From: Lachnospiraceae bacterium
GTDB lineage: Bacteria; Bacillota; Clostridia; Lachnospirales; Lachnospiraceae
Assembly (NCBI GenBank): GCA_017458765.1
Contig: JAFSZZ010000110.1
Location: 1-61,150 of the forward strand
Length of the DNA: 61,150 nucleotides
Direction: 5' to 3'
The notes below the pieces were generated by a model. It searched no databases. It saw only the letters and a program-made list of their open reading frames with translations, and was not told the DNA's origin. The position numbers and the translations under genes were made by a program. Positions 1 to 9,307 of the stretch are shown piece after piece (within the stretch, counting starts at the first letter, position 1; every line of letters starts with the position of its first letter).

Positions 1-45
1 GAGTGTGTGAAAGTTTTTCTGTAAATGAGATATCCTAAGATAATT

Positions 46-89
46 ACGAGCTGAATGGTGGTTAAATATCCATTGTTCAGCTCGTTTTG
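46..89 (+). terminator. Intrinsic terminator-like hairpin closing a + strand gene that lies left of the window
   Basis: 10-bp inverted repeat acgagctgaa (46-55) / ttcagctcgt (76-85) followed by TTTT. Confidence 0.45.
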
Positions 90-175
90 ACTATATATAA
101 TTCCGTGAATTTCGTCAAGAGTTATGTTAGAATGAATGCATACTATATTACAGAATAATCTGTTGAGGGATTGCA

Positions 176-640
176 ATGAGAAAAACAATGCTTAGGAAAA
201 AAGTGCATATTTTTATATTTGCTATTTTTTTCTGCTCAATATTATCAGCCTGTAGATATGGGGCTCCGGAAGAAAGCTATGCGGAGATTGTCTCTGATAT
301 TACAGCCGTTGTAAAAGATAATTACACAAGTGAAGATGCAGAAACGCCATTAATGATCAGTATAACTGAAATCGAGGAATTGACTGATAACGACAGTGAA
401 TTATATAAAGCTATTGAGGAATATGATGATGTTAAACAGTACAAGGTATATCTTCTGGATAATGATATGGTGTTAGTTGTTACGGATGTGATTTTCCAAG
501 GCGTAAAAGGATTTGTTGTTTCAGATGAAGAATTAGACGGTACTCTGACGGTTCCCGGATTGGGATTCGATGGTGACAGAGTAAGCATAATAAATAGGAT
601 CGAAGACAGTAATATATATTATTTTAGTGCTGGGCTTTAA
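176..640 (+). CDS. Putative secreted lipoprotein, function unknown
   Basis: Basic N-terminus, hydrophobic h-region and lipobox ILSAC (signal peptidase II type). Acidic mature part. No family recognised. Confidence 0.6.
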   Translation: MRKTMLRKKVHIFIFAIFFCSILSACRYGAPEESYAEIVSDITAVVKDNYTSEDAETPLMISITEIEELTDNDSELYKAIEEYDDVKQYKVYLLDNDMVLVVTDVIFQGVKGFVVSDEELDGTLTVPGLGFDGDRVSIINRIEDSNIYYFSAGL

Positions 641-671
641 GCTGTTATATCGGAAGATAATCGCACTAAGG

Positions 672-716
672 CTCTCTGGCTCTGTCCATAAGAACAAAGT
701 CAGAGAGATTTTTTAT
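672..716 (+). terminator. Possible terminator of the lipoprotein gene
   Basis: ctctctg (672-678) pairs with cagagag (701-707), followed by ATTTTTTATT. The loop is long (22 nt). Confidence 0.35.
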
Positions 717-732
717 TATTCAGGAAAGCTCC

Positions 733-830
733 GTGATAAACGGTCTTGTAAAACCTTCGTGCCTAATAATTGATGAAGTAGGCCGCTGTGTTTTCGATAA
801 AGAGAACACCCGCATGTTAGGACATATTTG
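733..830 (+). pseudogene. Shard of an IS21-type IstB helper ATPase (Walker B region only)
   Basis: The translation LIIDEVGRCVFDKENTRM resembles the IstB LLIIDE.G....D segment. The rest of the ORF is junk. Confidence 0.3.
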
Positions 831-913
831 CAAAAAGAATCATATTATAATAACAGATTATGAAAAGATTTATCCTATTTCGAATATAATCATCTTCTGC
901 ATGAGCGTCTTCA

Positions 914-1366
914 TTACACTCTTCTCTGCCGGGCAATCTCTACTGCGTCAGACATATGCGGCTCCTTTTTTACATAATCTGCAAGATAAGGAATACAAAA
1001 CATGACCTTTCCCTGTTCAGGAGCTGCTATTATGCCATTATTTATAAGACAGGCTCTGGTTTTGCTCAGTTTATTCTGGGTTGTACCCATACTACGTGAA
1101 ATATCAGCTGTTGCAGCCAGACGATCTTCATTAAGGCAATCTGACATTATTCTGAGATATTTCTTCTCCCCATTCGGTAATTCATCCAATAATGGTTTCA
1201 ATGCCCTTTGTTCATAGGCAAATATTGAATTTGCAATAGCCTCTGAAGCTTCATCTTCCGTGACAACATGTTTCTTTTCAGTATTGAGTTCATTTATCCG
1301 CAAAATAAGATGATATCCGAGAAGCTGCATCAAATAGGGATGTACGAAGCTTGCTTTTTTATTCAT
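914..1366 (-). pseudogene. C-terminal (winged-helix) part of an AAA-type ATP-binding protein; the ATPase domain is missing
   Basis: HPYLMQLLGY and a C-terminal HTH-like region, as in the common clostridial 'ATP-binding protein' family, but only 150 aa. Upstream DNA is a tandem repeat, not coding sequence. Confidence 0.4.
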
Positions 1367-1387
1367 AATACACCCAATGTTTGATTG

Positions 1388-1432
1388 TATGTCAAATATG
1401 TCAATTATGTAAAATATGTCAAATATGTATCA
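1388..1432. repeat. 5 x 9-bp tandem repeat TATGTCAAA
   Basis: Units read directly: tatgtcaaa tatgtcaat tatgtaaaa tatgtcaaa tatgtatca. Confidence 0.9.
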
Positions 1433-1502
1433 AGACGCATTTTCTGTCGAGCGGCCGGTGCCTTTTCTTCTGTGTCTTCCTTTACTACAAAAGCTTTACA
1501 GG

Positions 1503-1527
1503 GACATGGGGACGGTTCTACTGTCTT
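1503..1527. repeat. 25-nt repeat gacatggggacggttctactgtctt (solo copy)
   Basis: One or two mismatches to either arm of the palindrome at 4862-4925. Confidence 0.85.
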
Positions 1528-1580
1528 GTCGGGAAGACGCGGGAACGGCTCCGAGACACGGCAGGATAAGCATGACCGGA

Positions 1581-2774
1581 TTACTTATTGTACCGTATTT
1601 TTTCATATTCCCCCGTAAGACTGCCGAAATCACCCGGAATTCCCTTTTCATAAGTATCCGTCACATCTTTGAGCCTTTCCGCAGGTGTATGCTCCTTCCT
1701 GAAATGATACCCTCTCCTTTTCATCCGCTCCACTTCATTTCTGTACCTTCGCCTGATCCTCTCACTTTCCGTTACTGCACCAAACAGGTTTCTCAGTCGC
1801 CCTGCCCTTCCATGCTTTATCCTCTCGCTTATCTCCGTATGATCCTCGCGTTCAATACTTAACAGCTCATATCCGTGCCGCTCAAAATACATACGGATAA
1901 ACCTGATGACTGACTTTATCAGGAAATAAACAGCCGATGCAGCAAGCAACATGGAGAGGACCTTCTCAAGTGCTTCAATGAAGCTCGATATCCACTGTGG
2001 ATACGGTTTCACGGGAGGAAGACCGGTAAAGTCAATGCTTTCACTGACGACTTCCTCCTCCCCGGCTGCATCCGGAATCAATGACGCAATAAATATAATG
2101 ATCCTTCTGGCTATGTAACCGAAGAACTTTATTATCGCCCACAATGCATCAGCCATGGCCTGTGACTGTATGAGAAACATTCCTATAGTAAAAATTAATA
2201 TAAGCGGGAATACTATCATTCCGTTATGCCTAAACATTTCCTCAACCGGTGTATTGGCGTTTACCTGCGCATCATTCAGAAATTTTATACCGTTTGTGAG
2301 ATATACCCTGATGAAATACATGCCCATAAAGCATATTCCACATACGTATGACACTCTTGCCAGATGTTCAATCCCGTTATATGATGCAGCTCCGAATACA
2401 AACACAAATGCGATCACACACATGACATTCAGATGTATAAAGCTTCTCACGCCACCGTTCTTCCAGAATTCAAAATCCGTGATCACAAATACAGCTATCA
2501 GTATAAATCCTACAATCTTACATACCGTTCCAACCGGAATAAAAGCAAAGACTGTTATGCAGGCAAGATGTGCCGCAATAAACCATGACAGCTTAGTTAT
2601 GTAAACCCTCATAAGATAGAATATGCTTATCATTACAGGAATCATAATTGCGCAGAACAATCTTATGTCAACCTCAATCATGTAGCACAGACTTTCTGCC
2701 GCAACATAATAAAGAAGCATTAACATCAGATTGTTCAGCCACTCGGCTGCTACAAGATATCTTTCAGCGCGCAT
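1581..2774 (-). CDS. Polytopic membrane protein with a DUF4129-like C-terminal tail (third gene of the MoxR module)
   Basis: About 8 hydrophobic helices. The basic C-terminus ...HTPAERLKDV...YEKIRY resembles DUF4129. Overlaps the DUF58 gene by 11 nt. Confidence 0.6.
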   Translation of the reverse strand: MRAERYLVAAEWLNNLMLMLLYYVAAESLCYMIEVDIRLFCAIMIPVMISIFYLMRVYITKLSWFIAAHLACITVFAFIPVGTVCKIVGFILIAVFVITDFEFWKNGGVRSFIHLNVMCVIAFVFVFGAASYNGIEHLARVSYVCGICFMGMYFIRVYLTNGIKFLNDAQVNANTPVEEMFRHNGMIVFPLILIFTIGMFLIQSQAMADALWAIIKFFGYIARRIIIFIASLIPDAAGEEEVVSESIDFTGLPPVKPYPQWISSFIEALEKVLSMLLAASAVYFLIKSVIRFIRMYFERHGYELLSIEREDHTEISERIKHGRAGRLRNLFGAVTESERIRRRYRNEVERMKRRGYHFRKEHTPAERLKDVTDTYEKGIPGDFGSLTGEYEKIRYNK

Positions 2775-3894
2775 CCTTTACCGTCCACTTCACTATCCTC
2801 CTGTCACCCTTTTGAGTGACACGGGGTTCCACCATTCCGTATTCAGGTATTATCCACGAAACATTTGCTCCCCGGCTTTTCATACCTTCATACATATCAA
2901 CCATATCCTGCTTCCTGTAATTCGAAATGATAACGAATTCGGTATTATCGTAAGTCTTCTCCTGTTCCAGCCGTTTCAGCGTTTCTATCAGCTTAAGCGC
3001 ACTCTGCCCCTTATCTATCCGCGAAAGAGCCAGCTCGATATTCCCAAGATGCGAAAAGTCAGCGCCGGCTTCAATACTGACAACGTTACCGGTAACGGCA
3101 TCAAGCCCGTTTGTATATAAAGCCACCGGTATGTGTTCCGAAATGAACCTGTCCGCAAGGGCGGCCGCTATCCTTATCTCCTCTTCAATGAAAACATCCT
3201 CATGCCATCTGATATGACATTCCATGTTAAGGCAGAGGACTATACGCTGTGAAAATGTTGTGTTGAATATATTGACTCTTAACTCGGAGCTTCTCGCACT
3301 TGCCTTCCAGTTTATTCTGTTCATCGGATCATAGGACTGATACTCACGTATTCCGGCGAATTCAAAAGGATCTTCGTTCCTTCTGATGTTGTCTGTTATT
3401 TCTCCCATCAGTTCACGGGCAGAGACGGGTACTTCCTCAGGCGGTATCCGCAAAGGCAGTACACACACCATTTCTTCATGCTTAAGCGACTTAAGCATCA
3501 TACCCTTCAGGAACAGATCCTTACAGATAACATCCATACCGTTCATCCTGAAGCAGCCGCGCTGTGTACATACGAATCCATATTTACGGGTAATCCTTCT
3601 GTATGGAAGCAGCGAAAAATAATCATTCCTGTAATACTGATCCGTCACAGCCGAATTATCGTTTGATTTAAACCGGAAAGTCCTTGTGATCGCGAACTTG
3701 ATCTGTATAACCGGCAGAGGAAGCCATTTGTCATTGCTGATAACCTCTATCAGTTCATTTTCCTCTCCCGCCCTGACTACCGGTTTTTCGAAATCAACAG
3801 TAACGCTCAGGCCTCTGTCCCACAGTCTTTTATACAGATACATCTGGGCAAAATACATGAGGATTCCGCATAGCAGTGCTATAAACAGCTTCAT
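2764..3894 (-). CDS. DUF58 family protein (vWA-like partner of MoxR)
   Basis: N-terminal TM helix and a central ...EFAGIREYQSYDPMNRINWKASAR... motif typical of DUF58. There is a 4-nt overlap with moxR. Confidence 0.75.
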   Translation of the reverse strand: MKLFIALLCGILMYFAQMYLYKRLWDRGLSVTVDFEKPVVRAGEENELIEVISNDKWLPLPVIQIKFAITRTFRFKSNDNSAVTDQYYRNDYFSLLPYRRITRKYGFVCTQRGCFRMNGMDVICKDLFLKGMMLKSLKHEEMVCVLPLRIPPEEVPVSARELMGEITDNIRRNEDPFEFAGIREYQSYDPMNRINWKASARSSELRVNIFNTTFSQRIVLCLNMECHIRWHEDVFIEEEIRIAAALADRFISEHIPVALYTNGLDAVTGNVVSIEAGADFSHLGNIELALSRIDKGQSALKLIETLKRLEQEKTYDNTEFVIISNYRKQDMVDMYEGMKSRGANVSWIIPEYGMVEPRVTQKGDRRIVKWTVKDAR

Positions 3895-4844
3895 CTCCTA
3901 CTCCACTCTTCAGACGGAACTTCTATTGAATCAACAATCTCTTTGATCATCTTTTTCTTATCTTCCATGGAACGGCCGGAATACACTATGATCCTGTGAG
4001 AGAGCACGTATTCGCTCAGGTACTTGATATCATCCGGAAGAACATACTCTCTTCCCTTTATAAACGCATATGCCTTGGACGCTTTCAGAAGCCACAGCGT
4101 CCCTCTGGGACTGCCCCCCATACTTATTGAGGCATGCTCTCTTGTCTTCTGTACTATTTTAACCAGATACTCCTTCAGATCATCATGAACAAATACTCTG
4201 TCTGCCAGTTCCCGCAATTCGCAGATGTCTTCGCACGAGCATACCGGTTCTATCTTCTCGTTTACCTTTCCCTCGTTTATGACGTTCAACATACGGATTT
4301 CTTCTTCGGCACTGAGGGAGCCCATGGAAAGCCGCATAATGAACCTGTCAAGCTGAGCTTCGGGAAGCGGAAATGTACCGGTTGTTTCAACAGGGTTCTC
4401 CGTTGCCATTACAACAAACGGTTCACTTAGTCTGTAAGTATTGCCATCCACCGTGACCTGTCTTTCCTCCATGGCTTCAAGCAGGGCCGACTGCGTTCTC
4501 GGAGTGGCTCTGTTGATCTCGTCAGCAAGCATTATATTGGTCAGGATCGGTCCTTTGACGAATTCGAACTGTCCCTTTGCCTGGTTGTAAATATTCAGTC
4601 CGGTTATATCGGCCGGAAGCAGATCCGGGGTAAACTGGACTCTTGAGAACTCACCGTCTATGGAGGCTGCGAATGTCTTGGCCATCAGAGTCTTACCGGT
4701 TCCCGGCATATCTTCTATAAGAAGATGCCCTCCGGCTATCACACCCGTAAGTACAAGCTCTGTCACCTTTTCCTTACCCACTATCACGCCGTTTATGCTT
4801 TCCTTAAGCTTATTTAATGTCTCTATTCCCTTTTCGCGTTCCAT
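3891..4844 (-). CDS. MoxR-family AAA+ ATPase
   Basis: Walker A GMPGTGKT, Walker B LADEINRA, MoxR-type C-terminus. Start chosen at ATG 4844 (GGGAG RBS). The ORF track extends to a GTG at 4868. Confidence 0.85.
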   Translation of the reverse strand: MEREKGIETLNKLKESINGVIVGKEKVTELVLTGVIAGGHLLIEDMPGTGKTLMAKTFAASIDGEFSRVQFTPDLLPADITGLNIYNQAKGQFEFVKGPILTNIMLADEINRATPRTQSALLEAMEERQVTVDGNTYRLSEPFVVMATENPVETTGTFPLPEAQLDRFIMRLSMGSLSAEEEIRMLNVINEGKVNEKIEPVCSCEDICELRELADRVFVHDDLKEYLVKIVQKTREHASISMGGSPRGTLWLLKASKAYAFIKGREYVLPDDIKYLSEYVLSHRIIVYSGRSMEDKKKMIKEIVDSIEVPSEEWSRR

Positions 4845-4861
4845 AACTTCTCCCATTCCGT

Positions 4862-4925
4862 AAGACACGGGGACGGTTCTACGGTCTTATTTTCTGATAA
4901 GACAGTAGAACCGTCCCCGTGTCTT
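4862..4925. repeat. 64-bp palindrome (28-bp arms, 8-nt loop) between hydA and moxR; likely hydA terminator and REP-like element
   Basis: aagacacggggacggttctacggtctta / taagacagtagaaccgtccccgtgtctt, one mismatch. The arm sequence recurs at 1503-1527. Confidence 0.8.
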
Positions 4926-4947
4926 TTACCGTGTCTTACCCGAGAAC

Positions 4948-6636
4948 TTACACTCCTGCTCTGTGCAGAAGCTCGTGTTCGTGTCCTTTGATCAGGTCAT
5001 CCCATATACGCTCAATAAGCGGGTTCTCGTCAGTATAACGTATGCTTGAGAGCTGATCTACCTCATATATTCCGTTCATCCTTGCAGTCCTTGTATTGGG
5101 TCCCATCGGAACAGGCTGGCCGCCGCCGAGTATACATCCTCTCCTGCACGCCATAACCTCGACGAAATCATAATGAGCGGTCCCGTCCTTGATCCTGTCA
5201 AGCAGATCTGCAGCATTCTTAAGTCCATGGACAACGGCTATCTTTACTTCTCTTTCACCGAGCTTAACCGTTGCTTCCTTCATGCCCTCTTTACCGCGGA
5301 CACCCGAATATTTGATGTTTTCAAGAGTCGTATGATCCTTATCCGGAGCCAGATGGCGGAGAACCGCTTCAGTAACTCCTCCGGTGATACCAAAGATAGA
5401 AGCTCCGCCTGAAGCCATTGAAAACGGCATGTCGCAGGCTTCACTGTGTAGTGTATCGAATTTGATACCGACCTGTTTGATCATACGTATGATCTCCTGG
5501 GTGGTGATAACTATATCCGTATCCTGACGTCCGTTGGTGAAGTTATCGGGACGGTGTATCTCCGCTTTTTTCGCGGTACATGGCATGATCGCCACAATAT
5601 ATGTGGTCTTTCCCTCTTCCTTATCCTTCTTTGCAAAATACTCCTTTATTACGGGTGAGAACATTCCCATAGGCGACCGGCAGGTACTGATATTGTCTTT
5701 GAATTCAGGATATTTGGTCTCGCAGAACTTAACCCATCCCGGACAGCATGATGTAAACAGCGGAAGCTTCTCTCCCGACTCAAGCCTCTGAGCGAATTCC
5801 CTGGACTCTTCAATAACCGTAAGGTCTGCTCCGAAATTGGTATCATATACCTCGTCAAAGCCCATTATCCTGAGCGCCTTGACCAGCTTGCCCATTGCGT
5901 TCTCGCCCTTTGGCAGGTTGAACCTGTCACCTACGGCGATCCTTACGGCGGGAGCTATCTGGGCGACCACTCTTACATTAGGATCCTCGATCGCATTCCA
6001 GACCTCGGTAACGTTGGTCCTTATCGATATGGCTGCTGTGGGACATACTACGGCGCACTGTCCGCAGCCCACGCAGTCGGTCTCGGCAAGCTGCTTGCCG
6101 AAGGCAGGTGTTATCTGCATTTTTGAGCCTCTGTGGGCGAAATCAATAGCCCCGACAGCCTGATTCTCCGCACAGGTTCTTACACAGTCACCGCAGAGTA
6201 TACATTTGTTGGGATCCCTTACGATACACTCGGAGCTCATGTCTATCGGAAGCTCTTCCTTATTGTTAAGGAATCTCACTGCATGTACGCCTACTCTGTA
6301 GGCAAGGCTTTGAAGCTCGCACATTCCGTTTTTGGTACAGGTTGTACAGTCCCTGCAGTGTGAAGACAGAAGAAGCTCTATTATAAGCTTTCTGTACTGC
6401 TGCAGCTTCTTCGTGTTCGTATGAATGACCATTCCCGGACGGGGCTGCTCGGAACAGGATGCAAACATCTTGCCCCTCTCATCCTCAACCATGCACATTC
6501 TGCATGCGCCGTAAATGGACAGATCCGAATGATAGCAGAAGGTCGGTATATCTATTCCGGCTTTTCTTATAAGAGACAGAATATTCTTTTCACCTTCTAT
6601 AGGCACCTTGATGCCATCTATTGTCATATAATCCAT
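4948..6636 (-). CDS. hydA: [FeFe] hydrogenase catalytic subunit (group A3, bifurcating type)
   Basis: N-terminal 2Fe-2S and 4Fe-4S Cys motifs. H-cluster motifs TSCCPGW, MPCTAKKAE and EVMACRRGCILGGGQP. GGAGGA RBS. Confidence 0.9.
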   Translation of the reverse strand: MDYMTIDGIKVPIEGEKNILSLIRKAGIDIPTFCYHSDLSIYGACRMCMVEDERGKMFASCSEQPRPGMVIHTNTKKLQQYRKLIIELLLSSHCRDCTTCTKNGMCELQSLAYRVGVHAVRFLNNKEELPIDMSSECIVRDPNKCILCGDCVRTCAENQAVGAIDFAHRGSKMQITPAFGKQLAETDCVGCGQCAVVCPTAAISIRTNVTEVWNAIEDPNVRVVAQIAPAVRIAVGDRFNLPKGENAMGKLVKALRIMGFDEVYDTNFGADLTVIEESREFAQRLESGEKLPLFTSCCPGWVKFCETKYPEFKDNISTCRSPMGMFSPVIKEYFAKKDKEEGKTTYIVAIMPCTAKKAEIHRPDNFTNGRQDTDIVITTQEIIRMIKQVGIKFDTLHSEACDMPFSMASGGASIFGITGGVTEAVLRHLAPDKDHTTLENIKYSGVRGKEGMKEATVKLGEREVKIAVVHGLKNAADLLDRIKDGTAHYDFVEVMACRRGCILGGGQPVPMGPNTRTARMNGIYEVDQLSSIRYTDENPLIERIWDDLIKGHEHELLHRAGV

Positions 6637-6657
6637 TTAAGATCCTCCGTGCATTTG

Positions 6658-6693
6658 TCATAAGGGGTACCGCTTGCGGTGTATTCCTTATGA
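6658..6693. repeat. 36-nt hairpin tcataagg-N20-ccttatga immediately 5' of the hydA RBS
   Basis: Near-identical copy at 28475-28510. The inner ggtaccgcttgc also recurs at 6741-6752. Confidence 0.8.
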
Positions 6694-6785
6694 CTGTAAT
6701 CAAATTTCATAATCTGCTTTACACTACCATTTGTTATAAAGGTACCGCTTGCATCATATCCCTCAACCACCCTGCATCATGCTGC

Positions 6786-8669
6786 TCACGCGATCGAGAT
6801 TGCCTTGAACGGGCAGTTGTCGGCACAGGCGCCGCACTTGATACATTTGCTCTGATCTATCGTATAAGGTGATTTGATCTGGCCCGATATAGCTCCCACA
6901 GGACAGTTCCTTGCGCATTTACTGCAGCCCTTGCAGAGCTCCGGGGAGATCACATAGCTTGAAAGTGCCTTGCAGGTTCCCGTGCGGCATTTCTTATCGC
7001 GCACATGCTCTTCGTATTCATCACGGAATACCCGAAGCGTAGACAGTACAGGCAGCGCAGCTGATTTGCCCAGTCCGCACAGAGCCGTGTCCTTGATCGC
7101 ATTGCCCAGCTCCTCCAAAAGGTCGAGCTGTTCCATGGTGCCGCGTCCGTTTACAATGTCCTCAAGTATCTCCAGCATACGCATCGTGCCTTCCCTGCAT
7201 GGTACGCATTTGCCGCAGCTTTCATTCTGGGTAAAGTTCATGAAGAATCTGGCCACCTCGACCATACATGTGTCTTCATCCATGATGACCAGACCGCCCG
7301 AGCCTATCATTGCGCCCTTGGCTGACAGTGAATCAAAGTCAAGAGGAACGTCAAGGTCTGTTGAGATAAGGCAGCCACCGGAAGGACCTCCTATCTGCAC
7401 GGCCTTGAATTCCTTGCCGCCCTTTATTCCTCCGCCTATATCATATATTATCTCTCTTAAGGTGGTTCCCATGGGAACCTCTATAAGTCCTGTATTATTG
7501 ATGCTTCCCGTTACCGCAAAGGCCTTGGTTCCGGGGCTCTTCTCCGTTCCGATGGTGTGGTACCAGTCGGCTCCGTTAAGTATGATGAGCGGAACGTTGG
7601 CATAGGTCTCCACGTTGTTAAGGACGGTCGGCTTGCCGAAAAGTCCCTGCTCAACGGTACGCGGCGGCTTGGTCCTGGGCATTCCTCTCTCTCCCTCTAT
7701 GGATGCCGTAAGAGCGCTTCCTTCACCGCATACGAAGGCTCCCGCGCCTTTGTTGATATGAAGCCTGAATGAGAAATCCGAACCTAATATATTATCCCCG
7801 ATAAGCCCTGCTTCTTCCGCCTGGGCTATCGCTGTCTTAAGCCTTGCCACGGCAAGAGGATATTCGGCACGTACATAGATGTATCCTTCGGATGCTCCGA
7901 CAGCATATGCGGCTATCAGCATACCTTCTATCATCTTGTGGGGATCGCCCTCCATTACCGATCTGTCCATAAATGCACCGGGATCGCCCTCGTCACCGTT
8001 ACATACGACATATCTTGTCTTCTCCGCCTGTCTTGCCACCTGCTTCCATTTATAACCGGTCTGGAAGCCTCCGCCTCCGCGGCCCCGCAGGTTGGAATCG
8101 TATATTACGTTCACTACTTCTTCGGGTGTCATCGTGAACAGTGCCTTCTCCAGAGCCTTATATCCGCCGAAGGCAAGTGATTCTTCTATATGCTCTGCGC
8201 CTATGTGACCGCAGTTCTTAAGCACAAGACGCATCTGGCCTGCATAGAAGGGAATATCCTCCTGTGCGGGATAGGTAACTCCGTCCATCTTATACAGAAG
8301 ACGCTCAACGGGCTTTCCTTCCTTAATTGTTGTGTTGTATATTTCTTCGCAATCCTCTGCCTTTACCTTTATATACAGGTAGTTGTAGGGTTCGATCCTT
8401 ACAAGGGGACCCATCTCACAGAAGCCGTGGCATCCGCTCTTCTGAATATCTATATCACTGTCCGGATGTGCCGCTTCGGGTCCGAATACGATCTCCGCAT
8501 CGGTATCCTTTCCGCACAGTTCGCACATTTTCTCGTATATTCTCAGAGAACCGCCTGCCAGACAGCCTGTTCCCGCACATATAAGGATGCGGCATTTGAT
8601 ATTTGCTATACGTTCTTCTGCCCTGGCGCGTACAGCCGACAGATCTTCACGGGACTTAAGCTTATTCAT
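6786..8669 (-). CDS. hydB: NADH-binding hydrogenase subunit (NuoF-like, flavoprotein)
   Basis: RGRGGGGFQTGYKW FMN site, ESCGKCVPCREG cluster, C-terminal 2x CxxCxxCxxxCP. Overlaps hydC by 8 nt. Confidence 0.9.
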   Translation of the reverse strand: MNKLKSREDLSAVRARAEERIANIKCRILICAGTGCLAGGSLRIYEKMCELCGKDTDAEIVFGPEAAHPDSDIDIQKSGCHGFCEMGPLVRIEPYNYLYIKVKAEDCEEIYNTTIKEGKPVERLLYKMDGVTYPAQEDIPFYAGQMRLVLKNCGHIGAEHIEESLAFGGYKALEKALFTMTPEEVVNVIYDSNLRGRGGGGFQTGYKWKQVARQAEKTRYVVCNGDEGDPGAFMDRSVMEGDPHKMIEGMLIAAYAVGASEGYIYVRAEYPLAVARLKTAIAQAEEAGLIGDNILGSDFSFRLHINKGAGAFVCGEGSALTASIEGERGMPRTKPPRTVEQGLFGKPTVLNNVETYANVPLIILNGADWYHTIGTEKSPGTKAFAVTGSINNTGLIEVPMGTTLREIIYDIGGGIKGGKEFKAVQIGGPSGGCLISTDLDVPLDFDSLSAKGAMIGSGGLVIMDEDTCMVEVARFFMNFTQNESCGKCVPCREGTMRMLEILEDIVNGRGTMEQLDLLEELGNAIKDTALCGLGKSAALPVLSTLRVFRDEYEEHVRDKKCRTGTCKALSSYVISPELCKGCSKCARNCPVGAISGQIKSPYTIDQSKCIKCGACADNCPFKAISIA

Positions 8670-9144
8670 TTTCCGCCTCCTTTATCTTATTTATCGTTTC
8701 GGTTACTTTATCCGGAGTCATGGCGGGATGTACCTCGTCGTTGACCGTCATAACGGGAGCCAGACCGCATGCCCCGAGACAGGATACGGTTTCGACAGTG
8801 AAGAGCATGTCATCGGTTGTGCGCTTATCATCCGATAATCCCAGCTCCTTATACAGCTGCTCCAATATAAGAGTACCCTTCCTTACGTGACAGGCAGTGC
8901 CGTCGCATACCTTGATCACGTACTTACCCTTCTTGTCAAAGGAAAAATTCTCATAGAATGTGGCAACGGAATATGCTTTAGCCTCTGTTATTCCTATCTT
9001 CTGTGCAACATAGCTAAGAAGCTGCGGCGGGATATACCTGTAGACCGACTGAATGTCCTGCATTATCGGTATTAAGGATTCCTTGCCCTTTCCGTGTACG
9101 GATATTATCTCATCCGCCTTCTCATAAAATGATCTGTCCAGCAT
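8662..9144 (-). CDS. hydC: NuoE-like 2Fe-2S hydrogenase subunit
   Basis: CDGTACHVRKG ... VSCLGACGLAP thioredoxin-like 2Fe-2S motifs. Start moved to ATG 9144 (GGAGG 5 nt upstream); the ORF track start is 9204. Confidence 0.85.
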   Translation of the reverse strand: MLDRSFYEKADEIISVHGKGKESLIPIMQDIQSVYRYIPPQLLSYVAQKIGITEAKAYSVATFYENFSFDKKGKYVIKVCDGTACHVRKGTLILEQLYKELGLSDDKRTTDDMLFTVETVSCLGACGLAPVMTVNDEVHPAMTPDKVTETINKIKEAENE

Positions 9145-9207
9145 AGAACCTCCGCAATACTCAGAAATGTGTCCCGCGTTACGGGACTGATTATATGTGA
9201 CCATTTT

Positions 9208-9236
9208 ATTATATCATACAGAAGCGTTCGTGACAG
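9208..9236 (-). promoter_or_regulatory. Candidate extended -10 promoter of hydCBA
   Basis: Minus strand reads CTGTCA-N17-TGATATAAT, about 55 nt upstream of ATG 9144. Confidence 0.35.
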
Positions 9237-9242
9237 TATTTA

Positions 9243-9269
9243 AATTAAAATATCTGCCTTAAGGCAGAC
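9243..9269 (-). terminator. Terminator of the amidase gene
   Basis: tctgcc-ttaa-ggcaga hairpin followed on the minus strand by TATTTTAATTT. Confidence 0.55.
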
Positions 9270-9307
9270 CTGTAAGACAGATATTTCTGATGAAATTCAA
9301 TAATCTG

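Noticed and set aside
1381-1862. Overlapping + strand ORFs 1381-1569, 1385-1618 and 1416-1862
   Set aside because: Three mutually overlapping frames start in a tandem repeat and run antisense into the DUF4129 gene. They show no coding signal.
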